Of a stretch of 64,000 bases of DNA, positions 57,627 to 64,000 are shown piece by piece. The DNA comes from Candidatus Latescibacterota bacterium (GTDB taxonomy: Bacteria > Latescibacterota > UBA2968 > UBA8231). A program made the translations under genes and the position numbers. The stretch spans positions 2,112,001 to 2,176,000 of the forward strand of contig OZ244561.1 of the NCBI GenBank assembly GCA_965217585.1, read 5' to 3'. Every line of letters starts with the position of its first letter. Position 1 is the first letter of the stretch. The notes beneath the pieces were generated by a model, which saw nothing but the letters and a program-made list of their open reading frames with translations, had not been told where the DNA came from and ran no database searches.

Positions 57627-58510
57627 TCAGCAGGGGTTCCACTCACGATCTGAGGTGACGCATAAAGATCAGGCCTGGCCTCGTTTGCTGTGAAGCAACC
57701 GGACGATCGCGCTTTCTCTATTAAATCTCTCGAGACCTCGGTCACGATCATGCCTTCCTCTGGCGCGTGTTCGTCGATGAACTGACCGTTCGGATCGATC
57801 GCGAAGGCGAGCCCTGGAAACCATGCGTTGCCGCTTTTTCCCGCCTGGTTGGCGTAGAAAATGTAGAGCGCATTGTCCACGGCCCTTGCTGGCAGGACCT
57901 GGGCGGCAAGCTGTCGATGTTCGGCGGCCTGTTCGGTCTGATCGCCGTCAGGGGTGACGTTGTCAGCACGGCCGCTTGCACCCACGGCGAGGAGGAAAAA
58001 GTCCGCGCCCCCCTGTGCGGCGGTTCGGAAGATCTCCGGAAACCTCAGGTCGTAGCAGATCCCCACACCGAAGGTCCAGCCTTGCGATGTCACGACGGGG
58101 AGCTGGCTCCCCGGTTCGAACCAGGCCCGCTCGGTTTCATTCGGGATGTGCAGTTTGGTGAAGGTCGCGAGGTAACCGCCGGGCCCTACGATGTAGGCGC
58201 TGTTGCGATAGCGCTCGCCCGCCGGCTCGATGGTACCGACGACAAGGGTCATGTCGAGCTCGCGGCAGAGCGATTCGAGGAACGGAACCGATTTCTCGGC
58301 CGCTGCTTCTGCGATCCGCATGGACTCCTCGGGGGGAATGTCCGACTTGTTCATCGAGCCCGTGATGCACTCTTCAGGAAAGAGCGCAAACGTGGCACCT
58401 TGCTCGTGAGCCTCTCTCGACCACTCGGCAATCCGGTCGAGGTTGGTCGTGGGGTCGCCCATCGCGCTGTGCATGGCGACCGATGCGACATGTGTTTTTG
58501 TGTTGTTCAT
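57590..58510 (-). CDS. Carbon-nitrogen hydrolase family protein
   Basis: FPEE, KLH, GICYDLRFPE. Confidence 0.92.
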   Translation of the reverse strand: MNNTKTHVASVAMHSAMGDPTTNLDRIAEWSREAHEQGATFALFPEECITGSMNKSDIPPEESMRIAEAAAEKSVPFLESLCRELDMTLVVGTIEPAGERYRNSAYIVGPGGYLATFTKLHIPNETERAWFEPGSQLPVVTSQGWTFGVGICYDLRFPEIFRTAAQGGADFFLLAVGASGRADNVTPDGDQTEQAAEHRQLAAQVLPARAVDNALYIFYANQAGKSGNAWFPGLAFAIDPNGQFIDEHAPEEGMIVTEVSRDLIEKARSSGCFTANEARPDLYASPQIVSGTPADHSPPSPSGYGL

Positions 58511-58537
58511 AGGATAGCCCCAAGCTTGATGATGAAT

Positions 58538-58705
58538 TCAAGCGTAGATCGCCGTTGTCTGCGCCTCGCGCACCTGCGGCAGCACTCCTGGCGGGCACGG
58601 ACAGGCCAGGATTCGGATCCCGTCTGCCGATTTGTGGAAGAAAAACAGGTGCCCGAGGCCGTAGTACGGATGATGAGTCAGATCGAGTTCGAACGGTGTT
58701 GTCAT
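58538..58705 (-). pseudogene. Short ORF or gene remnant (55 aa)
   Basis: GAGAGG RBS then MTTPFELDLTHHPYYGLGHLFFF...; no family recognised. Confidence 0.35.
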
Positions 58706-58738
58706 CTACCTCTCTCCCGGTAGTCGTGTTCTTGAAAG

Positions 58739-60622
58739 TCACATGAGGGGGAGTTCCTTCACATCAAGGCTGTCCGCCTCCATACGGTCAATAACAGGAA
58801 CCCGACCATTGACGGCCATAAAGCGGAGGCTGTTACTGATGGGCGCCACTTCACACTCGAGAACGAGATCGTCATTTTGATACTTGATGTGGCGGTTTTT
58901 GTCCCCCTGGTCGGTGATTTCACAATCTGTGTATTTTGCTTTAAAAGCGTTGAAACTGCCGCTCTCCTCTTCCGAAGAGGCCACAGAGACAAAACCGTTT
59001 TTGACCGTCATGAACTCCTGCGGATCAATCGTCTCTGCTTCGCTTCGGCCGCAGAGGTTGTAGAAGGAAACCAGCACAAACGGGTCGTACTTTTCTACTC
59101 TGATGGAGTAGGCCCGTCCCAGATCCGTGTTGTTTAAGGGGTGAAAGGCCATATAGACCGGGCCGTCCTTAACAAAAAGCGGGCAGGTTTCCACGCTGGT
59201 TTCTGTAAAGTCAGTGACTCTCTGGTCTCCCAGCCAGATTTCTTCAGGGACCGTATAGTTGGTCGCAAAAGCCAAAGAGAGTTTTAGACTGGTCACATCG
59301 GTATGGCCGGGGAGCTTCGGTGCATAGACCACCAGAGCGGTGTTTTGATGCTGCAAAGCCCATTTCCGCCCTTCGTCGGGAAAAAGGTACACGCCTCTAT
59401 GGGGATCTTTATCGTTGACCACCATTCTGCAGATCACATTGCCCACATCACCGTGGCCCTTTACGTCTTTGTCCCGGCAGTACAGAATATTGAAATGGTT
59501 GGTATGCAGGCCGTCCAAGAAATCGTTGGAGGCCGTCCCCAATGAATAGAGGGGTTGCATATAGACCTGAACAAGCCCGCTTTGGGAGGGGTATTCGATC
59601 TCCTTCAAGTATTTCGAATCGGGATCCCTAATGCCTGAATCAAAATAGCTGCGGCTCTCTGTGGTGGCTTTGAATTCAAAGGGATAGGATCGGTTAACGA
59701 CCCAGTCTATCAGCTTTTGCGGACAGTGATAGTCAGCACTGGTCTGCCAGGTGGCCGGAATCTGCTGGGCTCGGATGCTTTCAGCGTACAGAATCTTTCC
59801 GTCTCCGTTTTCTGACGCGAGGAGTTCTACAAAGGGGGGTATGGTCATATCATCACCAAAGACCATGTAATACAAACCAGTGTGCAAATCCGGGTTGGCC
59901 ACGTCGTTTGCTTCGTAGGAACGGGCAAACGGGCCGGCCATTTCCGAGGTGGCGTTGTGGTAATGGGAGAGGACATCTACCCACATCCGTTCCTCCAGTT
60001 TTAAAGCCAGCTCCCGGGCCTCTTTGTCTGTGCTGTAATTCACAATTTCAGCCATGGCCAGGGTGGTGCCCCCTGAGTAATTGGGACTGCTATACTCGCT
60101 GCAAAGTCCCCGACGGATCATTAGACTCTCAAATTCCCTCAGCCTGATCATCCCTTCTTCAATCAGTGTTTTATCGCCGAAATACGCGTGGCCCAGAATG
60201 CACATGGAAGTCGCTATGGCCGGATGATTGTCATTGGCTCCAGAGAAATGGTATCCCCGCAAAGCGATCTCGATGCCGTCCCGGGCGTGCTGCTCCATAA
60301 TCGACAGGCTATCCAGATCCAGCTTCTCTTTGTAGCCGCACAGGACCTGCAATGATCCGATGCTGTTAAAGAGTCCCGCCAGCCCTCTATCGTTCCATTC
60401 TCTGGCTTTGATGATTTTCAAAGCCATCTCATTGGCTTCTCTATTGGTGGAGATGAGATAGATGAGAATGGTCCAGAGGGTCAGGCGCAGTCCTACAGGC
60501 TCTTCCTCTTCATACTTCAGCCCTTGCCAGATCCCTTTCTCATCGTAATAGGGGAGGGTCAATTCAACCAGGCGATCCACCACTTTGGCGCGCCGTTCCT
60601 TTTGCAGTTCTTTACTCAGCAC
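58739..60622 (-). CDS. Hypothetical protein, putative heparinase II/III-like; paralog of 52639-54633
   Basis: GTG start with GGAGAG RBS; NDNH, EYSSPNY, AGPFARSY; lower GC than neighbours. Confidence 0.72.
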   Translation of the reverse strand: MLSKELQKERRAKVVDRLVELTLPYYDEKGIWQGLKYEEEEPVGLRLTLWTILIYLISTNREANEMALKIIKAREWNDRGLAGLFNSIGSLQVLCGYKEKLDLDSLSIMEQHARDGIEIALRGYHFSGANDNHPAIATSMCILGHAYFGDKTLIEEGMIRLREFESLMIRRGLCSEYSSPNYSGGTTLAMAEIVNYSTDKEARELALKLEERMWVDVLSHYHNATSEMAGPFARSYEANDVANPDLHTGLYYMVFGDDMTIPPFVELLASENGDGKILYAESIRAQQIPATWQTSADYHCPQKLIDWVVNRSYPFEFKATTESRSYFDSGIRDPDSKYLKEIEYPSQSGLVQVYMQPLYSLGTASNDFLDGLHTNHFNILYCRDKDVKGHGDVGNVICRMVVNDKDPHRGVYLFPDEGRKWALQHQNTALVVYAPKLPGHTDVTSLKLSLAFATNYTVPEEIWLGDQRVTDFTETSVETCPLFVKDGPVYMAFHPLNNTDLGRAYSIRVEKYDPFVLVSFYNLCGRSEAETIDPQEFMTVKNGFVSVASSEEESGSFNAFKAKYTDCEITDQGDKNRHIKYQNDDLVLECEVAPISNSLRFMAVNGRVPVIDRMEADSLDVKELPLM

Positions 60623-60678
60623 TATGTCTCTCCAGTGAGTCGATACATTCCGCAACTCGGAGCCTTCCTGGCCGCCGT

Positions 60679-61860
60679 TCAGTTGTCCTCCACCGACCCG
60701 TCCTCGTACCTGAGCTCCGCGCGAAGTTGCGGTTCGTAGGGGTGGGCTCGGGCCACCTCCTCGTTTAGCTCGAGTCCGAGACCGGGGGCGTCCGGCAACC
60801 GCACGAAACCGTCCTCGATCTGGTACCTGTGCCCGAAGAACAGGTCGTCCATCCAGTCCGTGGACTCCTTGAAGGGCTCGTTCGCGTAGGACCCCATCTC
60901 CTGGATGACGCTGTTGGGGCAGTTCAGGCCCATGTGGATCTCGGCGGTGAGACCGACCTTGCTGTAGGTGATGTGGGGAGACACCTGGATGTACTGCGCC
61001 TCCGCCATGGCCGCGATCTTCTTGAACTCTGAGATGCCGCCGCAGTGGACGATGTCCGGATTGAGGTAGCTCACCAGGCGCTTGGCGATGATGTCTTGGA
61101 AGCCCCACTTGGTGAAGTTGCGCTCGCCCATGCACAGGGGCACCGTCGTGTGGTCGCTCAGCCACTCGAGGGCATCGTTGGATCCTTCCACCTGGATCGG
61201 TTCCTCCACCCTGAAGGGACGGTAGGGCTCGACGGCCTTGCAGTACTCCAGGGCCATGGTCGGCGTCAGCCGGCCGTGGGCGTCGATGAGGATGTCGAAG
61301 TCATCGCCCCCTTCGACCCGCATCTCCTCGATCTGCCCGGCCGCCCGGTTCAGGTCCCAGGGCATGGGCACGGTGAGCGGGTCGCCGGCTTTGGTCACCG
61401 GCGGCCCCGTCTTGACGGCATTGCATCCCATGCTCCGGGCGCGCTGCACGCCCGCCTTGCCGCTGCCGGCGGCGTAGATGCGGACCTTGTCCCGCGCGGC
61501 GCCGCCGAGGAGCTTGTAGATCGGCAGGCCCGCGATCTTTCCGAGGATGTCCCACAGGGCGATATCGATGGCGCTGAGGGCGGTGCTGAAGAGCACGCCC
61601 ACGTGCCAGCGGTTCCAGCGGTAGAGCCCCTGCCAGAGATGCTCGATGTCCGTGGGATTCTTGCCGATGAGGTGGCCCTCCAGGTCTTTGATGCAGTGGG
61701 CGATGGTGCCCACCTTGTTGTCGCTGATCGAGCCCTCGCCTAGTCCCGTGACCCCCTCGTTGGTGCTGATCTTCACGAAACAGCAGTTGCCTTCCACCAG
61801 GAAGGTGTCCACGGCGGTGATCCTGATACCGGGGTACTGCGCGCTGCCTTCGTCCGCCAT
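60679..61860 (-). CDS. Enolase-superfamily dehydratase (galactonate dehydratase-like)
   Basis: SAIDIALWDILGK, LLGG, IDAHGR, EEP, GER, PGLG. Confidence 0.9.
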   Translation of the reverse strand: MADEGSAQYPGIRITAVDTFLVEGNCCFVKISTNEGVTGLGEGSISDNKVGTIAHCIKDLEGHLIGKNPTDIEHLWQGLYRWNRWHVGVLFSTALSAIDIALWDILGKIAGLPIYKLLGGAARDKVRIYAAGSGKAGVQRARSMGCNAVKTGPPVTKAGDPLTVPMPWDLNRAAGQIEEMRVEGGDDFDILIDAHGRLTPTMALEYCKAVEPYRPFRVEEPIQVEGSNDALEWLSDHTTVPLCMGERNFTKWGFQDIIAKRLVSYLNPDIVHCGGISEFKKIAAMAEAQYIQVSPHITYSKVGLTAEIHMGLNCPNSVIQEMGSYANEPFKESTDWMDDLFFGHRYQIEDGFVRLPDAPGLGLELNEEVARAHPYEPQLRAELRYEDGSVEDN

Positions 61861-62052
61861 CGTCAGTGTCTCCTTCTTCATCTGGTGCTTGGGCAACGAG
61901 ATGGATGGGAATTATAAAGGGCCTTTGAGGAGGGCTGGTCAAGCGGTGGGCTGTCTTTCTCCCTCCCTACTTGTTCGCAGTCGCCGCCCTGATTTATCTT
62001 TTCTCCAGAGCCACAAGGCGGTGACGCGCCCCGCAATGGATAGGAGTATGCG

Positions 62053-62121
62053 GTGAAGTTGAAAATTGCCACTTGCCAGTTTCCCGTCAACCGGGACATA
62101 GAACGCAATTTCAAATATTGA
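62053..62121 (+). pseudogene. N-terminal remnant of a carbon-nitrogen hydrolase
   Basis: AGGAG RBS, GTG, KLKIATCQFPVNRDIERNF then stop at 22 aa. Confidence 0.5.
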
Positions 62122-62134
62122 AGGGAGGACCTCC

Positions 62135-63190
62135 ATGCTGATCGTCGATGCCCACCTAGATATCGCCTACAACGCGCTCGAATGGGACCGGGACTTGCTC
62201 CAGCCCATCGCCCAAATACGCGAGGCCGAAGCCGGAATGGGGCAGAAAGGCCGCGGCCTGAACGTGGTGAATTTCGCCGAACTGCGGCGCGGCGGGATCG
62301 GCCTCTTCTTCGTCACGATGGGCTGTCGGCTCGCTTCGATGGGCAAGCGCTTCGCCGGGGTGCGTACCCAGGACATCGCCTACGCCAAGTGCAAGGGCGA
62401 GTTAGCCTACTACCGCCTGATGGAGGCCAAGGGCGTCTTGCGCCAGATACGCGATCGCACCGAACTCGACGCCCATCTGGCCGAGTGGGACGACGATCCG
62501 CAGGCGACCCCGCTGGGGTTTGTCCTCAGCATGGAAGGGGCGGACGGCATTGTGGCACCCGAACAGGTGGCCGAGTGGTGGGATGAAGGTCTGCGGGTCG
62601 TGAGTCTGTGTCACTACGGGGTCAGCTCCTACTCACACGGGACCCAAGCTCCCGGCGGCCTGACGGCCAGAGGCGGCCCCATGCTCGAAGCCCTGGGGGC
62701 GGCCGGGGCAATCCTCGATGTGAGCCACCTAGCCGAGCAGGCATTCTGGGAAGCCCTGGAGATTTTCACCGGTCCCGTGCTGGCCACGCACAACTGCTGC
62801 CGGGCCTTGTGCGACCACGACCGCCAGCTCGACGATCGACAAATCAAAGCGCTGGCTCAGCGCGGCGGCGTCATTGGCACAGCCATGGATATCTGGATGA
62901 TCTCCCCCTTGTGGGACCGGACCGCCATGGACAACACGGGCATTACGCTGGAGACTGTGGTGGACCACATCGACCACATCTGCCAGCTGACCGGGAGCTC
63001 CCACCACGCCGCCATCGGCACCGACCTAGACGGCGGCTACGGCAAGGAGCAGAGCCCCGCCGATCTCGACACCATCGCCGACCTGCGGAAGATTCCCGCC
63101 ATCCTCGAACGCCGCGGTTACTCGCAGACCGATGTTGCCGACATCATGCACGGCAACTGGGTCCGCTTGCTGCGTGCGGCGTGGAATTGA
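62135..63190 (+). CDS. Membrane dipeptidase (peptidase M19)
   Basis: VDAHLD, SMEGAD, DVSHL, THN, IGTDLDGG, GNWVR. Confidence 0.92.
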   Translation: MLIVDAHLDIAYNALEWDRDLLQPIAQIREAEAGMGQKGRGLNVVNFAELRRGGIGLFFVTMGCRLASMGKRFAGVRTQDIAYAKCKGELAYYRLMEAKGVLRQIRDRTELDAHLAEWDDDPQATPLGFVLSMEGADGIVAPEQVAEWWDEGLRVVSLCHYGVSSYSHGTQAPGGLTARGGPMLEALGAAGAILDVSHLAEQAFWEALEIFTGPVLATHNCCRALCDHDRQLDDRQIKALAQRGGVIGTAMDIWMISPLWDRTAMDNTGITLETVVDHIDHICQLTGSSHHAAIGTDLDGGYGKEQSPADLDTIADLRKIPAILERRGYSQTDVADIMHGNWVRLLRAAWN

Positions 63191-63270
63191 TGTATTTATC
63201 AATCAGGCCGCTAATGCCGTCCAGATCTGCGACCAATACCTAGAGTCTTGACGGAAGCTGAAAGGACCCA

Positions 63271-63630
63271 ATGGACAAGCGCAGACAAATAGAAGGTTGC
63301 ATCGAGGCGTTCCACTTGGGGACTCTTACTGAAGGGGATTTGCGCCAGACCCTCGAAGAATTGAGCGCGGCGAAACCGCAATGTCAGGATCTGCTCTACC
63401 TGCAGACCAGCAACACTTCCCTGAACTCCAGCGTCCACGGCATGGCCCGCGTCGAAAACGGCGAAATCTCCGACGGACCGACGGACCCCGAAGACTGGCC
63501 CTACAAAACGCCACTCCAGGCCATTGGCGACGGCTGGCGCATAGTGCAGTTCCCCAATATGGCGCTGATGCTAGACGAGTCCAAAACCTACGGACTCGGC
63601 TGTGAGTTCATCCTCGAAAGATGGAGTTGA
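63271..63630 (+). CDS. Hypothetical protein
   Basis: AAGGA RBS; 119 aa; stop overlaps next ATG; PYxTxxQAIGDGWRIVQFP. Confidence 0.7.
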   Translation: MDKRRQIEGCIEAFHLGTLTEGDLRQTLEELSAAKPQCQDLLYLQTSNTSLNSSVHGMARVENGEISDGPTDPEDWPYKTPLQAIGDGWRIVQFPNMALMLDESKTYGLGCEFILERWS

Positions 63631-64000
63631 TGCCCTTGCGCCTGCCTGATATTGCGCCCACCCTGACGGACACCGAGGTCCTCGAATTCTGTCACCGGGG
63701 CTACCTGATCCTCGAAGGCGTCGTCGCGCAGGAGACCAATGAGAGGGTGAATGAATTCATCCGCGCTCACCCCTACGGGTTCGACGGCGGCGGCGGATTC
63801 GAAGACGACAAACTGCTGGCCGAGGACTGGTTCGTCGCGGAGGTGATCCTCAACCCACAGGCGGCCGGTGCGGTGCGCTCGCTCTTGGGAGCTAGCGCCG
63901 CCTTGCCGACCTGGATGTTCAACCACCGATCCACGCGCCCCAAACCGGCGCAGCAATGGCACCGCGACGGCTGTTCCCGCTACGGCCACGCAGTCAACCA
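63630..64000 (+). CDS. PhyH family dioxygenase, 3'-partial
   Basis: Own translation MPLRLPDIAPTLTDTEVLEFCHRGYLILEGVV...QQWHRDG. Confidence 0.85.
   Translation, partial: MPLRLPDIAPTLTDTEVLEFCHRGYLILEGVVAQETNERVNEFIRAHPYGFDGGGGFEDDKLLAEDWFVAEVILNPQAAGAVRSLLGASAALPTWMFNHRSTRPKPAQQWHRDGCSRYGHAVN

Noticed and set aside
60623-61165. N-terminal extension making an 808-aa protein
   Set aside because: Off-frame overlap with the dehydratase; a better GTG start with RBS lies at 60622

Overview
GC-rich bacterial chromosomal segment with no rRNA, tRNA or CRISPR array that I can support. PhyH dioxygenases, an FlgD-Ig/'NYPNPFN' C-terminal domain, many Gfo/SDR/enolase enzymes and a PliI lysozyme inhibitor suggest an FCB-related lineage such as Latescibacterota, possibly invertebrate-associated; this is inference only. 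The first ~41 kb are mostly housekeeping and metabolic genes: ino1, a dusB-like gene, ygfA, uppS-cdsA-rseP-queG, ftsY, a TonB-dependent receptor, a PLP decarboxylase, a voltage-gated channel, fhs, a GMC oxidoreductase, a ClC protein, a COG3014-LpoB operon and sthA. About 41-48 kb and 54.7-55.9 kb (plus an outlier at 36.7-37.5 kb) hold co-oriented small genes (GNATs, SAM methyltransferases, AAC(3), MBL hydrolase, NUDIX, GrpB). These are punctuated by one nearly whole and about a dozen half or degenerate attC-like sites of atypical geometry, which I read as a decaying integron-like cassette array with no integrase in the window. Interleaved are an IS630 element inserted in a signal peptide, three related uncharacterised lyase-like proteins, a GH-like TIM barrel and many deletion pseudogenes. 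Two channel proteins carry unusual substitutions in key motifs. Several ORF-track starts were corrected using RBS and homology reasoning.
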